From positions 1 through 64,000 of the IMG/VR virus record IMGVR_UViG_3300028374_000002: a stretch of DNA of 64,000 bases; one strand, given 5' to 3'. The notes under the pieces were generated by a model. It did no database searches and was not told where the DNA came from. It saw only the letters and a list, made by a program, of their open reading frames with translations. Shown here piece by piece: positions 20,015-30,084 of the stretch (the first letter of the stretch is position 1; every line of letters starts with the position of its first letter). The position numbers were made by a program, and so were the translations under genes. This DNA is from a virus (Duplodnaviria; Caudoviricetes).

Positions 20015-21361
20015 CTAATTGATTTTAAAATTTCTTTTAAGATTTGTCAAATCAGTAAGGTACATATCCTTGGGTAATGTTTTTTTTATAACATCTATCT
20101 CTTCTTTCTTAACTTTTAAATCTGCTTTAAGTTTATCAAATAATTCCTTAGTTAATGAATATATAGGCATTCTAAGTAAATAATCATATGTATTATCTAT
20201 CTTATCTAATCCAAGCTTCCCAATACTAATTATTATATCACTTTTTTTAACATTATTTACTTTTAACTTATTGTCTAGTATAGCTTTTATAAACTTAGCC
20301 CTATTACTTAATACCTTATATTCCCTTTCTAACTTACTAATTAGATATTCTTTCCTTTTGTCATAGTATTTCAGTCTAAAGTCTACAAAATATTTAACTA
20401 TTTCCTTTGAAGATTCAAATAACTTAAGTTCACCATTTTCATCTAATGTTGAGAATATCTCATGGGATGTTTCTTCTAATTTAAGTAATTTTACTATATT
20501 TTCATCTGTTAATTTTTTTAGTTCACTTCTTTTGAATTTAATAGTATAGTCTACATTATCTTTACAATTATCTTCATAAGAAATTATCTCTTTCTTATCA
20601 CATAATTTGTCCAATAAAATTTCATATTTTTCATAAGTCATAGATATAGGAAGTTCATACACTTTAATTGTAGTTGTGTTAATCCTTTCAAAACATCCCC
20701 TAATGTACCACTTCTTATTATTTTCCTCATCTTGTCTATATGATCCGATAAAATTATTTAAAGCAGGTGGAATTTCTTTTATCCCCTTTCCATTCAACAA
20801 TTTCTGACAAGCTGTTATTATATCAACCATATCTCTGTTGAGAATATTTGAAGCAAATCCTACTGCAATACCCTTAGAACCGTTTATGAGAACAGTTGGT
20901 ACAATGGGTAAAAAATATTCTGGTTCTATTATCTCACCCTCTTCTTCCTTATGTTTTAATAATTCGAAGTCCTTGTATATAAGTCTAAAATTATTAGATA
21001 GTTTAGTACCAATATACCTTGATGCACCTGCTTTTGGTGATCTTAAACTACCAAATTGTCCATCCTCATCTAATAGTGATGCATTGTTTTTGAAATGTTG
21101 TGCTACTGTTATTATTGAATTTTCTAGACTTTGATTTCCATGGTGGTAAAAAGCATCTGATGCTATCTTACCAGCAAGTTGAAATACCTTTAAAGATTTT
21201 TCATTACCAGTTTTCCATATTTGGTTAGATACGTGTAAAATCTTTCTATGGCTAGGTTTGAAGCCGTCTATAACCGAAGGAATAGCTCTATTTTCTATGG
21301 TATACATAGCAAATTCTTTATATTCATCTGATAAAAATTCGGTAATACTCTTCTTTTGCAT
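20015..21361 (-). CDS. Type IIA topoisomerase breakage-reunion subunit (T4 gp52/GyrA-like)
   Basis: RAIPSVIDGFKPSHRK, YHHG, ASRYI catalytic Tyr, LINGSKGIAVGF. Confidence 0.95.
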   Translation of the reverse strand: MQKKSITEFLSDEYKEFAMYTIENRAIPSVIDGFKPSHRKILHVSNQIWKTGNEKSLKVFQLAGKIASDAFYHHGNQSLENSIITVAQHFKNNASLLDEDGQFGSLRSPKAGASRYIGTKLSNNFRLIYKDFELLKHKEEEGEIIEPEYFLPIVPTVLINGSKGIAVGFASNILNRDMVDIITACQKLLNGKGIKEIPPALNNFIGSYRQDEENNKKWYIRGCFERINTTTIKVYELPISMTYEKYEILLDKLCDKKEIISYEDNCKDNVDYTIKFKRSELKKLTDENIVKLLKLEETSHEIFSTLDENGELKLFESSKEIVKYFVDFRLKYYDKRKEYLISKLEREYKVLSNRAKFIKAILDNKLKVNNVKKSDIIISIGKLGLDKIDNTYDYLLRMPIYSLTKELFDKLKADLKVKKEEIDVIKKTLPKDMYLTDLTNLKRNFKIN

Positions 21362-21440
21362 ATTCTTATTTATTTAGTTCTATATATTAATTAGGTAATT
21401 GTTTTATCAAACAAATGCTTAATTGTTTAATATATAGTAT

Positions 21441-23273
21441 ATGATTGTTTCAAGCAGTGTGAAAATAAAAGTTAATCCTAACATAAGAAAATATTATATA
21501 AGCAAAGGGTATAGCTGTGTAAATAACGAGATTATTGATGTAAAAACTATTGACTTATCGCCTGGTTCTAATCTACGAATTGATACAGAATGTGATAATT
21601 GCAAAGCTAAAAGTTCATCCATTTTTAACAAGTATTATAAATATACCAACTCCTTCAAAGATAATTACTATTGTAAAAAATGTAAGAAATGTAATTCCGA
21701 AAAAGCTAAAAAAACTAGGAAGGAAAGATATGGGGATGAGAACTACACTAATATAGAAAAGGGGAGAGAAACCAAGAAGAAGAAATATGGCAATGAGAAT
21801 TATAATAATAGAGAAAAGGCTAAGAAAACCACAAATATTAAGTATGGTGTTAATAATGTATCTGAAATAGATTTTGTTAAACAAAAGAAAATAAAAACAT
21901 CACTAGAAAAGTATGGTGTTAACAATCCATTCCAGTCAAGTATAATAAAAGCTAAGATAGAGAATACTTGTACCATCAAATACGGTACTAAGCACTACTT
22001 AACATCCGATGACTATAAAGCTAAATATGAAACGTACTGTGATTCAATGGGTGTTAAGCATTATTCACAAAGTGATGAATTTAAAGATAAGTTCAAAGAA
22101 ACTTGTTTGGTGAAATGGGGGTTTAGTACTAATCTATTAAATGATGAGATAAAGAATAAGATAAAGAAGACAAATATTGAAAGATATGGTGTTGATCACT
22201 GTATGAAGAATAAGGATATTTCTTTACTAAACTCTAAATCTATGATAGAAAATAGGAGTGATTACTTTGATAGCCTAGGATATACATATTTAAGTTATGA
22301 CTTTGATAAGAAACTATACGAATTAAAAAACAAGGACTGTGGTCATAAGTTTCAAATAAATTATGATTTATTCAGAAGTAGAATCAAGTACAGTAATAAT
22401 AGCTGTCTTAAATGCTATCCTAAAAAAGACTTGGTATCAATAAAAGAAAAAGAAATAGTTAATTGGTTAAAAGAATTTGATATAGAAATTATAGAGAATA
22501 CTAGAAATATCATAAGTCCATTAGAACTAGATATATATTTACCAAAACATAACATAGCTATTGAATTCAACGGTCTTTACTACCATTCTGATAAATTTAA
22601 AAAAAAGAAATATCATATAAATAAGACTGATAGATGTGAAGTAGAAGGTATTGAGTTAATTCATGTATGGGAGGATGATTGGATAAACAATAAAGATATA
22701 ATAAAGTCTATAATATTAAATAGACTAGGATTTATAAAAGATAAAGTATTTGGCAGAAAATGTGAGATAAAAGAAGTTAGTGTAAAAGATAGTAGAAATT
22801 TTCTTGATAGTAATCATATACAAGGATATACTAACTCATCAATTAAGATAGGCTTATATCATAATGAGGATTTGGTAAGTCTTATGACGTTTGGATCTAG
22901 ACGAACGAATAATAAAAAAGAATATGAACTTATTAGATTTTGTAATAAATTAAATCTAAGTGTACTAGGTGGTTCTTCAAAATTGTTCAAACATTTTGTT
23001 AAACACTATAAGACATCAAGAGTAATATCATATTCTGACAAATCTATGTTTAATGGGAATATGTATAAAGTGTTGGGCTTTAAAGATGATGGGAACACAT
23101 CCCTTAATTATTATTGGACAGATTTATCAAAAAGATATCACAGATTTAATTTTAATAAGAAAAAGCTGGTAGAGAAAGGCTATGATGAATCACTTACAGA
23201 AAATGAGATAATGAAAAGCATTGGTTTTTACAAGATCTGGTCATGTGGACAAATTAGATGGATTATTGAGTAG
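21441..23273 (+). CDS. Hef-like homing endonuclease paralogue
   Basis: KYGV repeats, ELDIYLP..IEFNGLYYHS..HVWEDDW, GGSSKLFKHF. Confidence 0.75.
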   Translation: MIVSSSVKIKVNPNIRKYYISKGYSCVNNEIIDVKTIDLSPGSNLRIDTECDNCKAKSSSIFNKYYKYTNSFKDNYYCKKCKKCNSEKAKKTRKERYGDENYTNIEKGRETKKKKYGNENYNNREKAKKTTNIKYGVNNVSEIDFVKQKKIKTSLEKYGVNNPFQSSIIKAKIENTCTIKYGTKHYLTSDDYKAKYETYCDSMGVKHYSQSDEFKDKFKETCLVKWGFSTNLLNDEIKNKIKKTNIERYGVDHCMKNKDISLLNSKSMIENRSDYFDSLGYTYLSYDFDKKLYELKNKDCGHKFQINYDLFRSRIKYSNNSCLKCYPKKDLVSIKEKEIVNWLKEFDIEIIENTRNIISPLELDIYLPKHNIAIEFNGLYYHSDKFKKKKYHINKTDRCEVEGIELIHVWEDDWINNKDIIKSIILNRLGFIKDKVFGRKCEIKEVSVKDSRNFLDSNHIQGYTNSSIKIGLYHNEDLVSLMTFGSRRTNNKKEYELIRFCNKLNLSVLGGSSKLFKHFVKHYKTSRVISYSDKSMFNGNMYKVLGFKDDGNTSLNYYWTDLSKRYHRFNFNKKKLVEKGYDESLTENEIMKSIGFYKIWSCGQIRWIIE

Positions 23274-23292
23274 TTTACTTAATATATACTAA

Positions 23293-24009
23293 ATGGTAAT
23301 GATTTCAGACACTAACAAAGAAAAAATTAAAGGTTTCATAACGAAGAATGATTTAGACTTCACTATCGTAGATTTAGAAGATGAGATTTCCAAATTCACA
23401 ATAATATCACAAGATGGTATTAATTTCTTTTTCTACACGTATAATGATAAGTTCATACTTGTTAAATACGATTCAGATAAGGATAAGGCTGGGCAAATAT
23501 ATATAAATACACATGAATATTATGAGTTTAAAACCATGATAGAGATGCTAACACAACTCAAATATTATGATGATAATATACCTAAATCATTTTGGGAAGT
23601 GACATTAAACTCGGCAGAAGTTCCCTTCAACAAAGGAAGTTATACAGATGACTGGCATAAAGAATTTCAAAGAGATGCAGAATATACTAGAATAGATTCT
23701 GATGATTTTAATAACTACGAATATATAGTTTACGAAAATCCATTATATTCACCAAATATAAAATCCCCTCATAACACGCTTTCACAAGTAAGTTATATAA
23801 ACTCTGATGAGCAGTCTATAGTTAAAGTCAACAAGCTATACTATGAAATTCATCCAATATCTTGTGAGCCAGGTAGTGAGGAATACTTGTTTAAACTATT
23901 GGCTAATAATGAAGAAACTTTAAAAGAATTCATAAACTACATTGTCCATAAGAAAAAAGGCTTAACTTTGTTGATAAATGATATTTTCAATAACCTATCT
24001 AAAACATAA
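23293..24009 (+). CDS. Hypothetical protein
   Basis: ORF with TAATATATA 4 nt upstream. Confidence 0.75.
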   Translation: MVMISDTNKEKIKGFITKNDLDFTIVDLEDEISKFTIISQDGINFFFYTYNDKFILVKYDSDKDKAGQIYINTHEYYEFKTMIEMLTQLKYYDDNIPKSFWEVTLNSAEVPFNKGSYTDDWHKEFQRDAEYTRIDSDDFNNYEYIVYENPLYSPNIKSPHNTLSQVSYINSDEQSIVKVNKLYYEIHPISCEPGSEEYLFKLLANNEETLKEFINYIVHKKKGLTLLINDIFNNLSKT

Positions 24010-24080
24010 TATAATATAGGAACTACAATTATAAACAATAGCAGTAGTTATTTATATATATCATTAAAATTATATAATTT

Positions 24081-25823
24081 ATGAGTAAAAAAATAGAAGA
24101 CAAGTACAAAATATTATCACATATTGATCATATCTTATTAAGACCACAAACTTATGTTGGATCAAATAAAATAAGAAATGAGCAAAGGTGGGTTGTTGAT
24201 AAAGATAAAATGACTAAAAGTGAGGTATCATATATCCCATCTTTTATTAAAATATTTGATGAAGTAATTACCAATTCTATTGATGAAAGCAAGAGAAATA
24301 AAAAGTTAAATAGAATTGATGTTTGTGTAGATAAAGATAAAATATCTATCAAGGATAATGGTGGTATACCAGTTGTCAAACATAAGGAGTATAAGATATA
24401 TGTTCCAGAGGTTATATTCGGAAATCTTATGTCTGGTACGAATTATGATGATGCAGAGGAAAGAACAGTAGCTGGAGTTAATGGGTTAGGCTCAAAACTA
24501 ACAAACATATTTTCAACTGAATTTAGTGTATCAACTTGTGATGGTAAGAAGTGCTTCAAACAAAAATTCGAAAATAATATGAGAGTTAAGGGAAAGCCTT
24601 CTGTTAAAAAAGGAATTAAAAAACATACACATATAGAATTTAAGCCTGACCTTGAGAAATTTGGGATGAAAGATATAAACAATGACCATTATAAAATAAT
24701 AGAAAAAAGGGTTTATGATTTAGCAGCATGTAATCCAAAAGTTAAAATATATTTCAATGGAAAGCAAGTGAAAATAGACTCTTTTGAAAATTATATAAGT
24801 CTATATGTGTCAGATTATCTATATGAGTCTAATAAAGGGAATGAGTGGGAGGTTGGTGTTGCTTTGTCAGAAGATGGATTTGAACAAATATCATTTGTGA
24901 ACTCAACTGAAACTTATGATGGTGGTACACATGTTGATTATGTGATGAACCAGATAATCACAGAGTTAAGAGCTTATTTTAATAAAAAGCACAAATTTGA
25001 TGTCAAGCCATCAGAACTTAAGCAACACATGTTATTATTATTAAATTGCACAATAATTAACCCATCTTTTTCTTCACAGACAAAGGAAAAGTTGATAACA
25101 GAGGTCAAAGATTTTGGACAAGAGTTTGTAGTTTCTAAGAAATTGATAAACTCTATTTTAAAATCAGAAATAGTTAACTCAGTACTAGATTGGATAGAAC
25201 AAAAGAAACAAGCTGATGAGAATAAACTACAAAGGAAAGTAAATAAAAACTTATCTAAAATAAAAGTAGAAAAGCTAATTGACTCTAAAGGTAAAGACCG
25301 TATAAAACATTCTCTTGGACTTTATGAGGGGGATTGTTTAAGTGAGGATACCGATATAAGAGTTATTAGAGATGGTGATATAATAGATGTGAAAATAAAA
25401 GATGCAAATGTTGATGATTTAGTCATAACACATAATAATACATTTTCAAGTATTTATTCTATGACTAAAAAAATAAAGAAAAAATCAATAATAAAAACAA
25501 AGGATATAGAATTAGTATCTAGTAAAGAACATGAGTGGTATGTATATGATACAGAATTAAATGAGTTTTATTTCGAAAAAACAATTAATATAGATAAAAA
25601 TAAACACAAATTAGTTAAGAATTACCTAGCATTCATAGAATCATTATTAGTTATTGTATATTCGGATGGTAGTACTATTAAATTAGATTCGGGTGATGTT
25701 ATAGACACAAATGATAATCATAGCTTAGCGGTATATGATAAGATTGAAAATAAGTTCAAAATGTGTAGGGCAATTGATATAGATATTAGTAAACATCTAC
25801 TAGTTAATATTTTCAGATTGTAA
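24081..25823 (+). CDS. Type IIA topoisomerase ATPase subunit N-part (T4 gp39/GyrB-like) fused to split-intein N fragment
   Basis: HILLRPQTYVG, EVITNSIDE, DNGGIP, GVNGLGSK, FSSQTKE; reads ..LYEGD then CLSEDT. Confidence 0.95.
   Translation: MSKKIEDKYKILSHIDHILLRPQTYVGSNKIRNEQRWVVDKDKMTKSEVSYIPSFIKIFDEVITNSIDESKRNKKLNRIDVCVDKDKISIKDNGGIPVVKHKEYKIYVPEVIFGNLMSGTNYDDAEERTVAGVNGLGSKLTNIFSTEFSVSTCDGKKCFKQKFENNMRVKGKPSVKKGIKKHTHIEFKPDLEKFGMKDINNDHYKIIEKRVYDLAACNPKVKIYFNGKQVKIDSFENYISLYVSDYLYESNKGNEWEVGVALSEDGFEQISFVNSTETYDGGTHVDYVMNQIITELRAYFNKKHKFDVKPSELKQHMLLLLNCTIINPSFSSQTKEKLITEVKDFGQEFVVSKKLINSILKSEIVNSVLDWIEQKKQADENKLQRKVNKNLSKIKVEKLIDSKGKDRIKHSLGLYEGDCLSEDTDIRVIRDGDIIDVKIKDANVDDLVITHNNTFSSIYSMTKKIKKKSIIKTKDIELVSSKEHEWYVYDTELNEFYFEKTINIDKNKHKLVKNYLAFIESLLVIVYSDGSTIKLDSGDVIDTNDNHSLAVYDKIENKFKMCRAIDIDISKHLLVNIFRL
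25335..25820 (+). mobile_element. Split intein N fragment (162 aa)
   Basis: Block A CLSEDTDI..KIKD...DLV directly after EGD; block B-like SKEHEWYV. Confidence 0.9.
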
Positions 25824-25882
25824 CCCCTTCGAGACTATACACTTCCCTCGAAAAGGCATATTTTAATATTAATATATATAGT

Positions 25883-27187
25883 ATGGTATTAAAATATGTG
25901 TATAAGTCTAGTATTTATCAAGTCTCTATAAAATCCATAGAGAAATTAGAATCAGGGTTTAAATTTTCAATAAGGAAGAGGTTAGATATATCAATAAATG
26001 ATTATTTGATATATTTAGGATTTAATGTCGAAAGATGTAGAATTTGTAATATAGGAGATGTTCCTATTGTTTTAGACATTAGTATAATAGAAGGATTTGT
26101 AAAAGTAAATGGGTTTAAATATAAAAAGAGTATTTATTGCTATAGTTCTAATAATAAATGTGATGGTATAAAGATGAACTCTAATTCATTTGAGTTTATT
26201 TCCAAGGTCGAAAATATTTCTATTGAAGAAGCCAATATATTATTGAAAGAAAGAAATAGAAGTCCTTTTTATAAAGAAAATTGGGATTCTGATAAAGAAT
26301 ATAAGAATTCACAGTCTAGAAACATGGAATATTTTACAAAAAAATATGGTGAAAATGGTGATGTTAAGTACAAAGAGTATATAGACAAACTAGCATATTC
26401 GAATTCTGTTGAACGGTATATAGACGAGTTTGGTGAAGTGAAAGGAGAGGAGATGTTTAATATCATTTCTAATAAAAAGGATTCGATGTCTTTTGATTTT
26501 TTCTTAAATAAAAATGACAATGATAAAGAATTAGCATTGGTAGACTATAATGAAAGGTTAAAGCATGTAAATAATTCTCTCGATAATTGGATTTTTAAAT
26601 ATGGTTATGACAAGGCTATCGAAAAACATAAATTAAGAGCTAATAATCAAAGGGAAACTTTTGCTAAAAATCCAAATATAAATGAAATACATAAATCAAT
26701 GGGAATTACTATTAGTAATTTATACAATAAATATGGTGATTATGACTTAGCGGTTAATAAATACAAAGACTGGTTAAGTAAAGTAACAGTACCATTTTCA
26801 AGAGCATCAAAGGAATCATTATTAATATTTACTGATGTTATTAAGTGGTGTATAGATAATAAAATTGAACATAATGATATTTATATAGGTGATAAAGATA
26901 AGAATGAATATTTTATAAGAGATGGTAAAAACATTTTCTTCTACGATTTCACAATAAGAAGTAAACAAATAATTATAGAGTATAATGGTGTAATATTCCA
27001 TCCTAAGAACGAGGATTCGAAATGGGTAAATCCATTTAATAGAAGCATAACACCAAGCGAAGCATATAACAAACAGAAAAATAAGATTAATTTAGCCAAA
27101 ACTAATGGATTTTCTATACTAGAAGTATGGTCAGATGGTGATAATAATTATGACAAGTGTATAAATTTTATTAAAAAAAATATTTAA
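25883..27187 (+). CDS. Free-standing Vsr/DUF559-like homing endonuclease between the intein halves
   Basis: KYG..G repeats; C-terminal FYDFTI..IIIEYNGVIFH..K.NLAK..GFSILEVW. Confidence 0.75.
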   Translation: MVLKYVYKSSIYQVSIKSIEKLESGFKFSIRKRLDISINDYLIYLGFNVERCRICNIGDVPIVLDISIIEGFVKVNGFKYKKSIYCYSSNNKCDGIKMNSNSFEFISKVENISIEEANILLKERNRSPFYKENWDSDKEYKNSQSRNMEYFTKKYGENGDVKYKEYIDKLAYSNSVERYIDEFGEVKGEEMFNIISNKKDSMSFDFFLNKNDNDKELALVDYNERLKHVNNSLDNWIFKYGYDKAIEKHKLRANNQRETFAKNPNINEIHKSMGITISNLYNKYGDYDLAVNKYKDWLSKVTVPFSRASKESLLIFTDVIKWCIDNKIEHNDIYIGDKDKNEYFIRDGKNIFFYDFTIRSKQIIIEYNGVIFHPKNEDSKWVNPFNRSITPSEAYNKQKNKINLAKTNGFSILEVWSDGDNNYDKCINFIKKNI

Positions 27188-27188
27188 A

Positions 27189-27320
27189 ATGGTAGAGAAT
27201 TTTTTAGAACTAGTAGACATAGAAGATGTAATTCACACAGAAGAATATGTTAACATGGTTGATATAGCTGTTGATGTTGATCAGAGCTTCTTATTAAGTA
27301 ATGGTATTATATCACATAAT
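27189..27320 (+). mobile_element. Split intein C fragment (44 aa)
   Basis: Block F MVDIAVD..SFLLSNG, block G IISHN, Ser+1 at 27321. Confidence 0.9.
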
Positions 27321-27908
27321 TCCGCTGTTGGTGCTTTTAGAAAGTATAGAAACACACAGACAATGGGTGCTTTTGCATTAAGGGGGAAGTTTATGAATGT
27401 ATCTGAGGTAAGTAATGCTAAGTTAGTCAAAAATGCGGAGGTAGTTAATATAATGGCAGCAATTGGATTGAAATTAGGACAACCATTAGATATGAAAAAT
27501 ATAAGATATGGAAAAGTTCTTTTGTATGTAGATTCTGACCATGATGGTAATTCTATTGCTAGTCTGTTATTGAATTTCTTTTATACATATTGGCCAGAGA
27601 TGTTTGATAAAAACATGATATATAAAGTTGAAACACCTATAGTAGTTGCTATACCTAGAAACAATAAACTAAAGAAAATTTCTTTGTATAACCAAAAAGA
27701 GTATAAGCTATGGTCTGATAAACATGATTTAAAGAAATTTGATATAAAGTATAAAAAAGGATTAGCTGCTTTAGTGGGGGATGAATACAATGATATTATA
27801 AATAATCCTAGACTTACACTTATAACCAAAGATATTATGGCTGGTGACTCTTTGAATACTTGGTTTGGGAAGGAATCTGATTTGAGAAAAGATGAATTAT
27901 TGGAATAA
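27189..27908 (+). CDS. Intein C fragment plus topoisomerase TOPRIM C-part (T4 gp60-like)
   Basis: HN|SAVG..ALRGKFMN..YVDSDHDG..KYKKGL. Confidence 0.95.
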   Translation: MVENFLELVDIEDVIHTEEYVNMVDIAVDVDQSFLLSNGIISHNSAVGAFRKYRNTQTMGAFALRGKFMNVSEVSNAKLVKNAEVVNIMAAIGLKLGQPLDMKNIRYGKVLLYVDSDHDGNSIASLLLNFFYTYWPEMFDKNMIYKVETPIVVAIPRNNKLKKISLYNQKEYKLWSDKHDLKKFDIKYKKGLAALVGDEYNDIINNPRLTLITKDIMAGDSLNTWFGKESDLRKDELLE

Positions 27909-27922
27909 TTAACTCTATAACT

Positions 27923-28267
27923 ATGAGAAATCGTGCATGGAGAAGGCATATGAGCGAGAAACATACTAAAAGAAGACTTAAGGAAAAAAATAATATTATT
28001 TTTTCTTTTAGAAATGCTAATGATGTACTGTATTTATGGAACGGTGCAAGATATATAGAACTTTTGAATACTTATTTTTACTACATTGCTAAAGGATGTG
28101 TTTCAACCACACAAGATTCAAGATATAAACAAAAATATTCTAGAAATAATTGTAGAAATAGTTATGCATGGAAAGGAGATAGTAATACTAGAGTAGAAAA
28201 AAGAAATGAACTTAGAAAAATACTTAAAGAAAATGGATTTAGAAGAGGTAATACCACTGGGTTATAG
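27923..28267 (+). CDS. Basic hypothetical protein
   Basis: ORF. Confidence 0.65.
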   Translation: MRNRAWRRHMSEKHTKRRLKEKNNIIFSFRNANDVLYLWNGARYIELLNTYFYYIAKGCVSTTQDSRYKQKYSRNNCRNSYAWKGDSNTRVEKRNELRKILKENGFRRGNTTGL

Positions 28268-28769
28268 ATGTGATAAGAAATGGAATATTAGTGGAGAGTA
28301 TCTTAGATATAAAAAATTTGAGAACTTACCACTAGCTTCAATATCAGAATCTAATATAGTAATGGTATATTTAGATCACCGAATGAGAAAAGAGTGTTTG
28401 AGGCTTATTAAACACCTTTTGGAAAAAGATTATAAGTTTTATTTAATACCACCATATTTTACTAACCCAAAGATAAATCAAGAATATGATGATGTTATAG
28501 AGCATTACTTATATACACATTCTGAGCAGTATTTTTTTGATAAGTTTCCAGATATTGGATTTGATTTAGTATCAAACCTAGTTACTTTCTGTAGAGACAC
28601 AGATACAATGACCTCTCTTAAAACTATAGTGGATAATTTTAGAGTCAAAGTTAATGCTACCGAATGGGATATTTATACAAATAAGCTAAGCCATATATAT
28701 AGTGAGGGAATAAGAAATGAGTTCGATACAATGTTTAGAAGTATAAGGTTAAAGTATATTTTGTCTTAG
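28206..28769 (+). CDS. Hypothetical protein with C-terminal tail
   Basis: Ends FRSIRLKYILS; start uncertain (62-nt overlap). Confidence 0.7.
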   Translation: MNLEKYLKKMDLEEVIPLGYRCDKKWNISGEYLRYKKFENLPLASISESNIVMVYLDHRMRKECLRLIKHLLEKDYKFYLIPPYFTNPKINQEYDDVIEHYLYTHSEQYFFDKFPDIGFDLVSNLVTFCRDTDTMTSLKTIVDNFRVKVNATEWDIYTNKLSHIYSEGIRNEFDTMFRSIRLKYILS

Positions 28770-28822
28770 TATTCTAAACAAACCTAGTATTTTTTCATAT
28801 ACATATTAAATAATAATCAATT

Positions 28823-29803
28823 ATGTTATGTGATTTAATAGTAGACGGAAATTATATGTTATCTAAATTAGTGTTCACACTACACAAACACAATTTACTG
28901 TTTGGTGCATTAGAGGAATCTCTAGAAAATACATTATCAAACTATCGTAAAATGTTCCCATTTGCAAATACTTACTTAGTAAGTGATTCAAGGGAGAAAT
29001 CTTGGAGAAAAGACTTAACTAATAAATATAAAGCAAATAGGAAAAAATCTAGCGACATTGACTGGGAATTTGTCTATAAAACTTATAATAAGTTTAAAGA
29101 GAATGCAAAGACTTATAAAGTTTTAGAAGCACCAACACTTGAAGGTGATGATTGGATAGCTTATCTAGTAAGTAAAGCTAATTCACAAGGTCGATCTGCT
29201 ATGATAGTATCAAATGATTATGATATAAAACAACTTATAAATTATAACATTGACCCTTTATATATAAATATAATGTCTAATGAGATGCATAATAGACAAA
29301 AAGTATTTATGCCAAGTAATTATAAAGTTTTCTTAAATTCATTAAGTAAATTACCAAATGATGATATATTTAACCTAAATGACAACGCAGAATTTCTAGA
29401 ACTTATTTCTAGTTTTCAAGATAAGTATGATGTTCAAGAGGTTGATTCAGTAATGTCACTGGTAGTTAAATTAATATCTGGTGATAAGAGTGATAATATT
29501 AGTTCAGTGTGGTCTCAAAAAGGCACGACTGGTAAGTTAAGGGGGATAGGTGATGCTGGTGCTAAGACTATATATGCCATGTATCTAGAAGAATTTGGAG
29601 AGGTTGATTTAAAAGATTCTGATTTATTCGAAAATATTGCAGATTTAATTTGTGAAAAGAAAAAGCTAAGTAAAACAAAAATAGAGATAATAATAAATAA
29701 CTTGCATAAAAATTCAAAAGTTATTGACTTAGATTTAGAAAATTTACCAAAACCTGTTTTAGAGAAAATGGAAAGTGTATACAGTGAAGTTATAAGATAC
29801 TAA
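28823..29803 (+). CDS. rnh: T4 RNase H / 5'-3' flap exonuclease
   Basis: IVDGN, YKANRK, LEGDDWI, SNDYDIKQL, GDKSDNI..GIG. Confidence 0.85.
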   Translation: MLCDLIVDGNYMLSKLVFTLHKHNLLFGALEESLENTLSNYRKMFPFANTYLVSDSREKSWRKDLTNKYKANRKKSSDIDWEFVYKTYNKFKENAKTYKVLEAPTLEGDDWIAYLVSKANSQGRSAMIVSNDYDIKQLINYNIDPLYINIMSNEMHNRQKVFMPSNYKVFLNSLSKLPNDDIFNLNDNAEFLELISSFQDKYDVQEVDSVMSLVVKLISGDKSDNISSVWSQKGTTGKLRGIGDAGAKTIYAMYLEEFGEVDLKDSDLFENIADLICEKKKLSKTKIEIIINNLHKNSKVIDLDLENLPKPVLEKMESVYSEVIRY

Positions 29804-29814
29804 TTAAAAAAATT

Positions 29815-30084
29815 ATGAAAAAGAAAGACGTATTAACTAAAGGAAATGTTATTGTAAATGAGATTAAAGTTGGTGATATACATTATGAGTATTCTTACAA
29901 CATAGGAACAAAATTAGAAGTTGTATCTACGCCAATTAGAATTGATAGTGATGAGAGTTGGGAATGGAATAGTAAAAGAATTAGTGATGGAATGTTAATT
30001 GCCTTTTATGTGAAAGAAGGCCTTGAGTATTATTCTGCCAATATTTATGACTATGAAGCATATAAAGTAAAAGTGATGTTATGA
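29815..30084 (+). CDS. Hypothetical protein
   Basis: ORF. Confidence 0.7.
   Translation: MKKKDVLTKGNVIVNEIKVGDIHYEYSYNIGTKLEVVSTPIRIDSDESWEWNSKRISDGMLIAFYVKEGLEYYSANIYDYEAYKVKVML

Noticed and set aside
25823-27189. T4 gene 60-style ribosomal bypass or group I intron joining the topoisomerase halves
   Set aside because: Intein blocks A, B, F and G with Cys1, His-Asn and Ser+1 explain the split fully, and I see no intron core.
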